From Polyangiales bacterium (GTDB lineage: Bacteria > Myxococcota_A > Polyangia > Polyangiales > Polyangiaceae), in contig JBBSBI010000001.1 in assembly GCA_038251425.1 (NCBI GenBank), forward strand, positions 11,585 through 75,584: a DNA stretch of 64,000 bases, read 5' to 3'. Below the pieces are notes generated by a model. That model was not told the origin of the DNA. It was given only the letters and a program-made list of their open reading frames with translations, and searched no databases. A program made the position numbers and the translations under genes. Every line of letters starts with the position of its first letter. Position 1 is the stretch's first letter. Shown piece by piece: positions 9,051 to 18,563 of this stretch.

Positions 9051-10433
9051 GTGGTGTTACAGGGGCATATTCTGGTGGTCGACGATGAAGCGTCGATTCT
9101 AAGCACACTTCAAACCGCACTGAAACTGGAAGGTTTCATTGTAGATGTAGCGGGTGGCCTGGGTGTGGCCCGGGAGAAGCTCCGCAAAAGCGCCTTCGAG
9201 GTGGTGCTGTTGGATGTCGCGCTGCCCGACGGCAACGGGGTCGATCTCTTGGAGGAGCTCCGTTCCCAAGAAAACGACGCGAGCGTGATCATGATGAGCG
9301 GACACGCCACGATCGATGCAGCGGTGCGAGCCACGCGCTTGGGGGCGCATGATTTTTTGGAGAAGCCGCTCTCGACCGATCGGTTACTGGTTCTCTTACA
9401 AAACGTCCTCCGTCTCCGGCGCGCCGAGGCCACTCTGCGTGAACTCGCAGTGCAAGCGGGGCACTTCGATGAACTGCTCGGCAAGAGCCCTATGATGGCG
9501 AGCCTGCGTGATAGGATCGGGCGTGCAGCCCGTGCTTCAGCCAGCGTGCTCATCACGGGCGAACGCGGTACCGGAAAAGAGCTCGTGGCCCGTGCCATTC
9601 ACAGAGCCTCTCCACGTGCCAGCGCCCCACTCGAAAAGCTCAACTGCGCCGCGGTGCCAAAAGATCTGATCGAAAGCGAGCTTTTTGGCCATGAAGCAGG
9701 CGCATTCACGGGCGCCACCAAGCAGCGTCACGGGAAATTTGAACGGGCTCACTCGGGCACGATCTTCTTAGATGAAGTGGGCGATATGCCGCTCCCGATG
9801 CAATCCAAGCTGCTGCGAGTGTTGCAGGAACACGAAATCGAGCGCGTGGGTGGCACGAAGACGATCTCCGTGGATGTGCGGGTCGTTGCGGCAACGAATA
9901 AGGACCTTGTGAAGGCCTGCGAAACGGGTGAATTTCGCGCTGATCTTTTCGACCGCCTCAACGTCGTACCGATCGAGCTTCCGCCCTTGCGCGCTCGCCG
10001 CACCGACATCCCAGAACTCGCCCAACAATTCTTGATCCTCGCCCGGGAAGCCAACAATCGCAAAGCAATGACACTGAGCGCAGGCGCCATCCAGGCGCTG
10101 AGTGCCCATTCTTTCCCGGGCAACGTGCGGGAGCTGAAAAACCTGATCGAACGCCTCGTTATCTTAACACCTGACGACACGCTCCAAGCTCAGGATGTTG
10201 AAGAAGCCCTTGGCCATCGGGGCACACCAAACTTGACGGGCTTGTACCGCCCGGGTGTGCCATTCAAGGTGCTCGCGGAACTCGCTGAGCGCGCCATTCT
10301 GGAGGAAGCACTAGCGCACAACGCGGGGCAGATGGCCGCCACGGCGCGTGGGCTCGGGCTTGAACGCAGCCATCTTTACAAGAAGGCCAAAGCGCTCGGG
10401 CTGCGCGGCAACGCCGACGATGAGTCCGAGTAG
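9051..10433 (+). CDS. Sigma-54-dependent response regulator (REC - AAA+ - Fis-type HTH; NtrC family)
   Basis: REC domain (ILVVDDE...VVLLDVALPDGNG). Walker A GERGTGKE. GAFTGA loop (HEAGAFTGA). C-terminal HTH (AGQMAATARGLGLERSHLYKKAK). Confidence 0.9.
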   Translation: MVLQGHILVVDDEASILSTLQTALKLEGFIVDVAGGLGVAREKLRKSAFEVVLLDVALPDGNGVDLLEELRSQENDASVIMMSGHATIDAAVRATRLGAHDFLEKPLSTDRLLVLLQNVLRLRRAEATLRELAVQAGHFDELLGKSPMMASLRDRIGRAARASASVLITGERGTGKELVARAIHRASPRASAPLEKLNCAAVPKDLIESELFGHEAGAFTGATKQRHGKFERAHSGTIFLDEVGDMPLPMQSKLLRVLQEHEIERVGGTKTISVDVRVVAATNKDLVKACETGEFRADLFDRLNVVPIELPPLRARRTDIPELAQQFLILAREANNRKAMTLSAGAIQALSAHSFPGNVRELKNLIERLVILTPDDTLQAQDVEEALGHRGTPNLTGLYRPGVPFKVLAELAERAILEEALAHNAGQMAATARGLGLERSHLYKKAKALGLRGNADDESE

Positions 10434-10500
10434 GAGGACCTTCCTAGCCGGCGAGGTATTGATGGATGGCCACGCATTTTCCAGTCATTTTGAGCTGGTT

Positions 10501-12132
10501 TTAGGGCAACAGAGCGGCAAATTTGCTATCGATGGCGACACCGAAGATCCCGAGGCACATCTCATCCAACGTGGTTTCGCCGAGCCGAACATCGCGCGGT
10601 GCCGTCAAGCCCTGAGAATCGAGCGCCGCGGGCAAGAACGGATTGCTCAGAGTATTGTCGTACGTGCAGCGAAGCCCGAGCACATCACCCGGACTCAGTG
10701 TTGGAAGACTGAGCAGCGGAGCATCGTAGAAATACGCGCCCTGCCAATTGAAGTCCCAACTCGGCGTCTGAAGCAAACATTCATCCGCAGGCTGCGTTGC
10801 GTTCGGACTCGCACGATGCACGTCAATCTTCATATCCCGCCCCACGTAGTGCATGTGCGAACCCACACCAAAGAGGTAATATTTGGCACCAAGCGCTGCG
10901 GCTTGAGCTCCGCCCGGCAGCTGAAAACGCTGGGTTTCCGTGTGATCTTTCACGCCTGCCGGGATCATGAATTCGGGACCTCCGGGTGGATCATTCGGGC
11001 CTGCCAGAAGACCGAATCCAACACCACCAGCTTCATTCACATCGGCCCTTTGAAAATTGCCGATTAGCTGCAGCTGCCCTGTGTACTTGGGTTGCGTTGT
11101 GACCCAGCGCAGCGCCACGCTCGTGTCGCTGTCCACCTGAACCCCCGCGCCCGTCGGGTGGTAGTGAACCTGCATCACGAGGCGACTTCCAGCTTTCACC
11201 GGCAGCCCGACGTCCGACGGCGTGATAGCTGCGGTGGCCCCAGGTGCCCAAGCAGCCAGAAGTGATCCAGAAACGCCCACTCCCCCAAAGCAATCGTACT
11301 TGCCTCCACCTGCGGCGGCCTTCGCAACGGACTCACCTTTTGGATCGTCGAACACGAGCACATGGTGCACAATCGCCTTATTTCCCGCGTCTATCTGCGT
11401 ACCGGTGAGCCACACATCTTGGGCTAACTGTGGATCGAGCGTGAAACAAATGAACTGATCATTATTGCCACTCACACTGGCTGAGGTGGGGATCTTCACC
11501 GTTGTGTTGGCGTTTGGCAGATCCAAACTCACGGCTGGAGGCCGAGGTGCCGCGGTATTGGGATCTCCCTCCAACATGCCAGTTCTTACCCACTCGTGCA
11601 GTAGAGCCTTCTCCATGTCAGTCAAGCGCCGATCATTTTGGAAACCAAGACGCGGTTGGCACTCGGCTGTGGAGATCGCACCCCAGGGCGGCATAGCTCC
11701 GGAGTCGATAGCGGGCAGCAACGTAGGCCCCATTTTCTTGGCCTCGACATAGCTGGTGAGCGAAAACGGCGCGATCGAGCCCGCCTGGTGACAGCCAACG
11801 CATTTCTGCGCGAAGACTGGTGCTGTGTGTTGATAATAGGTGATGGCGCCTGAGGGGAGAATCACCGCGGGTGCGCCGCCCGAGCTGGAACCAACCGTTG
11901 CGCCACCCGAACCTGAGCCAATTGTAGTCGCAGAGCCAGTTCCGCTGCCTTGTGGGCTCAAACTCGATCCGCCACTGGGCAGGTTGCTCATGCTTGAATT
12001 CGCCGATCCGCCACTGGCCGACCAAGTTGAATTCATAGATGAATCGCGTGAACTCTTTCCGCTCCCACAGGCGACAAGGAGCAAACCAACGACAGATCCC
12101 CAGCCCAAAGGCTTCAAAATGCGCAGGAACAT
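10501..12132 (-). CDS. Lipoprotein: c-type cytochrome domain fused to a PHM/DBH-type copper (type II) monooxygenase
   Basis: Lipobox LLLVAC. Haem-c motif CVGCHQAG with downstream MPPWG. Copper-ligand pattern IVHHVLVF, QVHYHPTG, GSHMHYVGR, LDEMCLG in PHM order. The start is taken at the internal ATG (MFLRILKPLGW). Confidence 0.75.
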   Translation of the reverse strand: MFLRILKPLGWGSVVGLLLVACGSGKSSRDSSMNSTWSASGGSANSSMSNLPSGGSSLSPQGSGTGSATTIGSGSGGATVGSSSGGAPAVILPSGAITYYQHTAPVFAQKCVGCHQAGSIAPFSLTSYVEAKKMGPTLLPAIDSGAMPPWGAISTAECQPRLGFQNDRRLTDMEKALLHEWVRTGMLEGDPNTAAPRPPAVSLDLPNANTTVKIPTSASVSGNNDQFICFTLDPQLAQDVWLTGTQIDAGNKAIVHHVLVFDDPKGESVAKAAAGGGKYDCFGGVGVSGSLLAAWAPGATAAITPSDVGLPVKAGSRLVMQVHYHPTGAGVQVDSDTSVALRWVTTQPKYTGQLQLIGNFQRADVNEAGGVGFGLLAGPNDPPGGPEFMIPAGVKDHTETQRFQLPGGAQAAALGAKYYLFGVGSHMHYVGRDMKIDVHRASPNATQPADECLLQTPSWDFNWQGAYFYDAPLLSLPTLSPGDVLGLRCTYDNTLSNPFLPAALDSQGLTAPRDVRLGETTLDEMCLGIFGVAIDSKFAALLP

Positions 12133-12195
12133 ACTTGGTTCATAGCAGACACTTGCGATGCGATGTCCCAACGCGTGAACGCGTCACTTGAAGCA

Positions 12196-12759
12196 TCATG
12201 GCTTGGGCACCAGCGTGAGGTCGTAAAAACGCCAATTGTTCTGACCGTGGTTGTGAACATGAAGATACACAGGCTCACCGTTTTCGAACGGTGCGGTAAG
12301 GATCTCGTCAAACGAGAAAACATCGGCAGGCCCCGGAACAGCAATCACTCGCTCAAAGATCACGCGATCGTGAATTAGAACTGCAAGATGGGCCATGGCT
12401 GGCTCGGGGGCGGTCAGGTCAAAGTGAGTGATCGAGCCCTTCACGTGATCACCGATCGCTCCAGATGCGAGCGCAGGTTGTTCGATCATGAGGTAATTGC
12501 AACGCCCAGTATCCACTTCAACGTAGCTTTCTTCCGGGCCCCAACTCGTCAAATCACCGCAACTTACGACTCTGGGGCGGTGGCTCGCCAACGGATCGGA
12601 GTTATCATCGGTAACCCTCCAAGCTTGGTGATCAATCAGCGAGGCGGGGCTCGCGGGTACACTCGGCACCGGTGCGCTCCGCTCACCTCCACACGCGCCC
12701 ACGGCCGCGCAGATGATAATTACCTGAACTATTGAGCTTCCTGACAGTTTCAGAATCAC
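12196..12759 (-). CDS. Lipoprotein of unknown function with a His-rich C-terminal motif
   Basis: GTG start with GGGAGAG upstream. Lipobox AAVGAC. YLHVHNHGQNNW near the C-terminus. Same strand as the monooxygenase gene and directly upstream of it. Confidence 0.55.
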   Translation of the reverse strand: MILKLSGSSIVQVIIICAAVGACGGERSAPVPSVPASPASLIDHQAWRVTDDNSDPLASHRPRVVSCGDLTSWGPEESYVEVDTGRCNYLMIEQPALASGAIGDHVKGSITHFDLTAPEPAMAHLAVLIHDRVIFERVIAVPGPADVFSFDEILTAPFENGEPVYLHVHNHGQNNWRFYDLTLVPKP

Positions 12760-12817
12760 GTCTCACTCTCCCAGGCTCCCAAAGGAGCACACTTGCACCT
12801 TCTCCCCAGGACTCGAC

Positions 12818-12833
12818 AGCAAGAGCTGGGCCA
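12818..12833 (-). promoter_or_regulatory. Candidate sigma-54 (-24/-12) promoter for the 12759-10501 gene pair
   Basis: The minus strand reads TGGCCC-AGCTC-TTGCT, one mismatch from TGGCAC-N5-TTGCW. It is intergenic, and the -12 element lies about 60 nt upstream of the GTG at 12759. Confidence 0.35.
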
Positions 12834-12881
12834 ACACGGCGCATTGGACAGTGTCAGACCCAAGGAAAATCTACGCGCAAC

Positions 12882-13721
12882 GTGGTACGCTATGTTGTGG
12901 CAGCTTGGCGACGATTTAGCCCCTATGCCCTCTCGTTAGCGCTTCATGGAACGCTTGGTGGAGCCTTCGTGCTCAGGGGTTCTGAAAACAAGCCTGCCGA
13001 TGTGACTGTTGACCGGTGGTCGGGAGCGCTGCTTCTTTCAGTCGATATCACGCCGCCTACGCCTGTTTCGGAGGATATGAGCGAGGCCAGCGCCTCACCT
13101 GCGACAGTTGAGTCGCCGATGCGAGGCCGTTCGAAACCACGACCGCCTTCACCGCCAGCGTCCATCAGCGCCCAGCGCGACCACAGCGATGCGACCGCTA
13201 GCACGACGGCGAGCAGCGCTGCCGCTGCAGGTATTCCAGCGCTTGACGTCGTTCTGCCGGGAGGAGCAGATCTTCCGCCGGGCGTGCGCAGTTTAGCCAC
13301 AGCCGTTACCCGAGCGCTGCCCAAAGCCGCCGAGCTCGATCCCATTTGGTTTGAACTTCCGATCGGTTCGCTCGGAGCACTCCGCGTTCAGTTCACCACG
13401 GACGCGGAGGGGTCACTTCTGACCACGGAAATCTTGGACCTTGAGCACTCGCCACCCGTCTTACGAGAAGTCCTCAAGCGTGCCTTCCTGTTCCTTCGAA
13501 ATGGGCTTTTTGCTGTGGATCCGAGCCATTTGGGTGCGGGGACGCAGACGCTACTGATCCGTGGCGAGCTTCGACAACGAGCTTCAAACGACAACGAACT
13601 CGCTCTGCCCCAGCACACGTTCGTGATGCACCAGGAGAGCCCGACACGTGGCAGGCCTGGGCTTGCTTATGTGACCTTCAATTCGGGCCGCCATGTTGAG
13701 TTCAGCATTACGCTCGAATGA
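12882..13721 (+). CDS. Membrane-anchored hypothetical protein (N-terminal TM, P/S/A-rich linker, C-terminal domain)
   Basis: An in-frame GTG at 12882 gives VVRYVVAAWRRFSPYALSLALHGTLGGAFVL. The linker is low-complexity. I recognise no motif. The start is uncertain (track ORF begins at 12732). Confidence 0.45.
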   Translation: MVRYVVAAWRRFSPYALSLALHGTLGGAFVLRGSENKPADVTVDRWSGALLLSVDITPPTPVSEDMSEASASPATVESPMRGRSKPRPPSPPASISAQRDHSDATASTTASSAAAAGIPALDVVLPGGADLPPGVRSLATAVTRALPKAAELDPIWFELPIGSLGALRVQFTTDAEGSLLTTEILDLEHSPPVLREVLKRAFLFLRNGLFAVDPSHLGAGTQTLLIRGELRQRASNDNELALPQHTFVMHQESPTRGRPGLAYVTFNSGRHVEFSITLE

Positions 13722-13773
13722 GCGATGGAAATCGTTGCTTGAAAGTGAACGCAACTGTGTTTGAAAGTGAACG

Positions 13774-16674
13774 TTAAGGGGTTGCCGGTGCCTTCAACGC
13801 TTCCGCACGCTCCATGTGCGCCTTCGCCGCTGCCGTGTCACCAGCCGCCTGCTCAACTTCCACCAGGCGCAGCAGCACCCCCTTGATTTCAGCGGGCTCG
13901 CCCGGGCACAGGCTGGCACTTTCTAGCTCAAAAATGGCATCTTTCGTCCTTTTTGCTTTGAGTAGCAGTTCAGCGTACGCCACGTGCGTTCGGAGCCCAT
14001 CGATATCTGCATAGACAGCCGCTTCGCCGAGCCGCACGCCTTCGTCAATCTCGCCGCGCATGAGCAGCCGCTCCAACAACTTCTGATAGACTCCCGGATT
14101 GTGTTCGTCGAGCACTACCAGCTTTCTCAAAGCGCCAAGCTCAACGTCCGCCTTGCCCATCTTCTCACCCAATTGCGCGAGCGCCCGCAACGGCTCCACT
14201 TCACTGGGATCCCACTCGTGCGCCCGCTCAAGTGCTAAAAGCGCACGCTCCCAGTCGGAACTCAACCGAAAGGCCTCGCCAAGCAACATCTGCACGTCGT
14301 AGCCGTCAAAACCCTCACGAATCAGCGCTCCTAGGGCATCCAACACGCCCGCGCCATCCTTCGCTTGGACGAGGGCACGGGCTCTTAAGAAACGCAGGTC
14401 CGGATCCTTGGGATGCCGTTTCAAAGCGTTCAACAAAGCACTTTGAGATTCTGCTTCTCGATTCTGACGCTGCAGAAGCAGAACCCAGCGCGCCTGGTTC
14501 TTGGCATCTTCGGGGTGCTGGGTGGCCAACGCTAAAGCGTGTTCTGGTGAACCCGTTCGCCGCACGGGCACAAACTGTTGCCGGTAGCGCTCTAAGCGGA
14601 TCTTCAAGAACTCAAGAAACTCTCGATTGAGCGCCTCGGGGGATTCACCCAGCACGTCCTTCAGCACTGCCGGAGTCTGCTTGCCCTGGCCCCAAGCGCT
14701 GAGCATTTTAGGAAACACGCCACGCCCGAATTTTCCGGCCAAAAACTGGATAATCTCGGTGGACGCGTAATAGGCCGTCGCCACATCCTCCATGGCTTCC
14801 ACACGCGTGAAAGCCTGATTCATCGCCTGAATCTCAGGCAGCTTTCGTTCCCGAAGTGCCTCAACTAGATCTGGATCCTGTTCGCGCGCCCACTCCTTAC
14901 GTTCACTCAAGGTCTCAAACTCAGCCAAGCCTTCGGTGAACCAACGTGGCACTCGGCTGCGCGACAGTTGAATGTGAAACACGTGAGCGAGCTCGTGCCA
15001 CACCGTCATTCCCAAGTTAAACTTCTCTTCGCCTGGGCTCATCGCTGCTAGCGTTCGCCCAAAACACACACCTTGAATCGCAGTTTCTGGCAACCCACTC
15101 GTACGCACCGCAAAGCTCTGACGGCTGGAATAAAGCTCGATCCCGAGTGGCCCCGTGGGTGTGAAACCGTAGGATTGCTTCATCTTCTCGTAAGCCCGGC
15201 TCAGGAGCTGCGGTACGTAGCGTTCCAAAAGAGCTCTCTGCGCCTTCGGGTATCGGAAACGAAACGGACCTGAATCAACGCTGACGTAGTTCTTTGGGAT
15301 CTCATGCTCGAAGAGATCGAGCGTGTTGTAGACCCGCACATTGTACGGATCGGCGTCGAAGGCGTGGCGCAAGGCCGCTAGGCCCGCCACATCATTGCCG
15401 CCACGAATGAGGTTCAAGCCGAGTTGCGCACGGGCCTTGCCGTTGTCAGGATCGATCTGCAGCGCCTCACGCATCATGACGACGATTTCGTCGTAGCGAT
15501 GCTCCCACTCCGCGAAATCTGCGATAATCGTATATAGCCGAGAATATTCGGGATTTTGGCGTAGCACCCGTGCTTTGGCCGACTCGAATCCCGGAATATC
15601 CTCACTCAAATAACGCGCGGTGGCGTGAAGGCTCAAGAGCTCCAGATCGTTCGGGTTGTGGCTGAGCCCAACACTCAGCAGTCGTTCGGCTTCCGCCAAG
15701 TGAGACTCCCGAAGCGCAACACCAGCCAGCACCGCGTAGGCTGCCGTTAATCTAGTATTCACAGAGAGTGCCTTCTTTGCGAGGCGCTCAGCTTCATCAA
15801 AATCGAACGCTTGATCCAGACGCACCCGGGCCATCCAGGTGTTCGCCACTGGATTATTGGGCGCCCGTGCGAGCACCTCATCCAGCACCTCCTCGGCGTG
15901 ACCTGGATCGTACTTATCGAGAAAAAGCTCTGCTCGCCAGAAACGCACCGGTTCCGAAAACGGCAGCACCCGTTCGGCCTGATTGAAGGCGTCATTCGCG
16001 TCTTTTGCGCTGGAAAGCAGGTAGCTCGCGCGCCCCACGGACGCTAACCCTAGGCCATCTTCTTCGGTGATGCGGTCATCGTTGTAATCCTCAATCAAGC
16101 TCATTAAGGCCGCTTCGCCCTCTGTACGCTTGCCTTGCTCCAAGCGCAGCTCGCCAAGCAACAACCGAGCTTCCGCGGAAACAAGCGCCGGGTGAGCGGC
16201 TGCTAACGTGGTCTCAGCTTCCACGACGCGCCCCTCTGCACGCTGTGCCTTGGCTTCGAGAATGTGGGTTTGTTCGCGGAGCGACGGGCCTTTGGGGTTG
16301 GGGGGGTCCGGAGGAAGCTTCGCGTTGGCTAGCTCCGCCCGCAGGCTTCGGGCCAATTGCTGCGCTGCTTCGGTGTCCCCGAGCATGAGTTCGGTCTGAA
16401 TCAAACCGAGGCTCGCCTCGGCTCTCGCCTCCGCAGATTTTGCCTGAGAAATTGCCTCTTTGAAGAGTCGTGTGGCGGCGCCGTAGTCGCTAGTAGAAAA
16501 AGCATCCCAGGCTCGCGTCAGCGTGCTCTTCGGCGCTGCTGCTTTCGTCGGCGATCCCTTCGTTGGAGTCTTCGGTCGGTTCGGTGGCGCTCCTGTTCCG
16601 TGAGTGCACGCCAACGCTAAAAATAGACCCGCACAGGCTAGGTAGCTGTGCGTGCGAGCCCGAAACTCCACCAC
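13774..16674 (-). CDS. TPR-repeat lipoprotein with peptidase-MA-like HExxH domain
   Basis: Lipobox LALAC. Long TPR-like helical repeats on both sides of VWHELAHVFHIQLSRSRVPRWFTEGLAEF, the same signature as the 2528-3766 product. Confidence 0.75.
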   Translation of the reverse strand: MVEFRARTHSYLACAGLFLALACTHGTGAPPNRPKTPTKGSPTKAAAPKSTLTRAWDAFSTSDYGAATRLFKEAISQAKSAEARAEASLGLIQTELMLGDTEAAQQLARSLRAELANAKLPPDPPNPKGPSLREQTHILEAKAQRAEGRVVEAETTLAAAHPALVSAEARLLLGELRLEQGKRTEGEAALMSLIEDYNDDRITEEDGLGLASVGRASYLLSSAKDANDAFNQAERVLPFSEPVRFWRAELFLDKYDPGHAEEVLDEVLARAPNNPVANTWMARVRLDQAFDFDEAERLAKKALSVNTRLTAAYAVLAGVALRESHLAEAERLLSVGLSHNPNDLELLSLHATARYLSEDIPGFESAKARVLRQNPEYSRLYTIIADFAEWEHRYDEIVVMMREALQIDPDNGKARAQLGLNLIRGGNDVAGLAALRHAFDADPYNVRVYNTLDLFEHEIPKNYVSVDSGPFRFRYPKAQRALLERYVPQLLSRAYEKMKQSYGFTPTGPLGIELYSSRQSFAVRTSGLPETAIQGVCFGRTLAAMSPGEEKFNLGMTVWHELAHVFHIQLSRSRVPRWFTEGLAEFETLSERKEWAREQDPDLVEALRERKLPEIQAMNQAFTRVEAMEDVATAYYASTEIIQFLAGKFGRGVFPKMLSAWGQGKQTPAVLKDVLGESPEALNREFLEFLKIRLERYRQQFVPVRRTGSPEHALALATQHPEDAKNQARWVLLLQRQNREAESQSALLNALKRHPKDPDLRFLRARALVQAKDGAGVLDALGALIREGFDGYDVQMLLGEAFRLSSDWERALLALERAHEWDPSEVEPLRALAQLGEKMGKADVELGALRKLVVLDEHNPGVYQKLLERLLMRGEIDEGVRLGEAAVYADIDGLRTHVAYAELLLKAKRTKDAIFELESASLCPGEPAEIKGVLLRLVEVEQAAGDTAAAKAHMERAEALKAPATP

Positions 16675-16675
16675 T

Positions 16676-16972
16676 TCAAGTCGCCTCCGTGCCCTTTCGC
16701 CAGCGAGTCAACCGGCGCGGCCACGGTGTGCCCATTCCACGCTGACGCCAAGTGGTGCGCAGCAGACTTTGCGTGAGCTCCAGCATCCAAGCTGGGGCCG
16801 ACTCCCCCTTCCAATCCGCGTGCGTGACCTTGCCCTCGGCGCTCACGCTGACCGAGCTCTGAAATCCGCGCTCACCCTCAAAAAACTCGCCAGAATAGCT
16901 CGCACCCGAGCCTTCCTCCTGCACCAACAAAAGCTCAACTCGCCCCCCAAAACTTGAGGCCAGCTGACTCAT
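16676..16972 (-). CDS. Hypothetical protein, translationally coupled between rph and the TPR-peptidase gene
   Basis: ATGA overlap with the rph stop. Its TGA lies 1 nt before the GTG of the next gene. No recognisable motif. Confidence 0.4.
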   Translation of the reverse strand: MSQLASSFGGRVELLLVQEEGSGASYSGEFFEGERGFQSSVSVSAEGKVTHADWKGESAPAWMLELTQSLLRTTWRQRGMGTPWPRRLTRWRKGTEAT

Positions 16973-17742
16973 GAAGCTGGACGCTCCCCGAGCCAAGCCT
17001 CCAAAGAAACTCCGGCGCGCGTGAGTGCTTGGCTCTGAATCGCGCACAACTCATGAATGCCCTTCAACGCCAAATCGATCAATTGATCGACGTCGCTCCG
17101 CGGCACCGCTTCACCCTCGGCCGTGCCCTGAATTTCGACGATTGCGTCGTTGGATGTGGCCACCACATTCAAATCAACCCGCGCTTTGCTGTCCTCCGCG
17201 TAACAGAGGTCCAACGCCAAGTCACCGTGGACGTGACCTGCGCTGATCGCCGCGACTTGATCCCGCAACACGCCTTTACCCAGCTTTCCATCACGTTTTT
17301 TTACTTTGTCGAGCGCTAGCACGAGTGCAATCCAACCCGCGGTGATGGAAGCGGTGCGTGTTCCTCCGTCTGCTTCGAGCACATCGCAATCGATCACCAA
17401 GCTGCGTTCGCCGAGCTTGCTGAGATTGACGGCCGCCCGCAGGGAACGCCCAATCAGACGCTCGATCTCGCGACTGCGACCACCCATCGGCCTCTCTCTG
17501 CCGTCGCGGCGTTCGCGGCGCACGGGATTAGAGCGTGGGTGCATCTGATACTCGGCGGTGACCCAACCTTTGCCAGAGCCTTTCAGAAAATCCGGCACCG
17601 ATTCATCCAGCGAAGCTGTAGCCAAGACCACGGTGCCTCCAGCGCGATACAGCACGGAACCTTCCGCCAAGCGTTGAAACCCAACCTCCACTTCAACCGG
17701 TCGAATCGTGTGGAGCTCGGCTCCTTCGCGACGTTTTGCCAT
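16969..17742 (-). CDS. rph: Ribonuclease PH
   Basis: IRPVEVEVGFQRLAEGSVLYRAGGTVVLATASL...GWVTAEYQMHPRS...GGRSREIERLIGRSLRAAV...DCDVLEADGGTRTASITGA-type motifs. Length 257 aa. Confidence 0.95.
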   Translation of the reverse strand: MAKRREGAELHTIRPVEVEVGFQRLAEGSVLYRAGGTVVLATASLDESVPDFLKGSGKGWVTAEYQMHPRSNPVRRERRDGRERPMGGRSREIERLIGRSLRAAVNLSKLGERSLVIDCDVLEADGGTRTASITAGWIALVLALDKVKKRDGKLGKGVLRDQVAAISAGHVHGDLALDLCYAEDSKARVDLNVVATSNDAIVEIQGTAEGEAVPRSDVDQLIDLALKGIHELCAIQSQALTRAGVSLEAWLGERPAS

Positions 17743-17823
17743 GCGGGCTGCTCTAGCACAGCGGGCGCTTTCGGCTCACGGAGAATGCCTCGGACGGCCC
17801 ATTTGAACACATCCAGCTGTGCT

Positions 17824-18549
17824 ATGAGGCCCGGACCGATGCAGCCGGAACTCGACGACAGAACCCAGCTCAAGGTTTCCGAGATTTTTGAAAGCCTGCA
17901 GGGCGAAGGCCCGCATGCTGGAAGCCCGTGCGTGTTTTTGAGGCTGGCGGTTTGCAATCTCCGCTGCACCTGGTGCGACACGAAATACACTTGGGACTTC
18001 AAGCAGCATCGCTACGAGGATGAAGTCAAAGAACAGACCGTAGTCGAAGTGGCGAAGGTCCTAACGGATCTGGCGCCCCGGCACTTGGTGATCACCGGCG
18101 GTGAACCGCTCCTTCAGATGGCCGCGTTGGAAGAACTGCTCGGCCTGCTAGATCCAGCCGTGTTTGTCGAAGTGGAGACGAACGGAACGCTCGCTCCCAG
18201 CGCCTTTCTTGCCGAACGTGTGCAGCATTGGAATGTCTCTCCCAAGTTGGCCAACAGTGGGGAATCCGCCGCACGGCGCCTGCGTAGCGAGCCACTTGCC
18301 GCCTTCTCCGCCCTTAAGGGCGCTTGGCTGAAGCTCGTGCTCCTCGGAGCAGCCGACTGGGATGAGGCGGCGGCTCTGCTGGCTGCAACGGCCTGGCCTA
18401 GAGAACGGGCACTCATCATGCCCGTTGCAACAACGAGCGCCGAGCTTTCCCAGCGTGCCCCGAGCGTTGCAGCGCTAGCTGTTCAACACCAGCTTCGCTT
18501 TTCCACACGGCTGCAGTTGCTGCTCTGGGATGGCGCCCGCGGAACCTGA
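17824..18549 (+). CDS. queE: 7-carboxy-7-deazaguanine synthase (radical SAM)
   Basis: LKVSEIFESLQGEGPHAGSPCVFLRLAVCNLRCTWCDTKYTW contains the CX3CX2C cluster and the QueE N-terminal pattern. The upstream part of the track ORF is antisense to rph. Confidence 0.85.
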   Translation: MRPGPMQPELDDRTQLKVSEIFESLQGEGPHAGSPCVFLRLAVCNLRCTWCDTKYTWDFKQHRYEDEVKEQTVVEVAKVLTDLAPRHLVITGGEPLLQMAALEELLGLLDPAVFVEVETNGTLAPSAFLAERVQHWNVSPKLANSGESAARRLRSEPLAAFSALKGAWLKLVLLGAADWDEAAALLAATAWPRERALIMPVATTSAELSQRAPSVAALAVQHQLRFSTRLQLLLWDGARGT

Positions 18550-18563
18550 TCTCAGGGCGCGCT

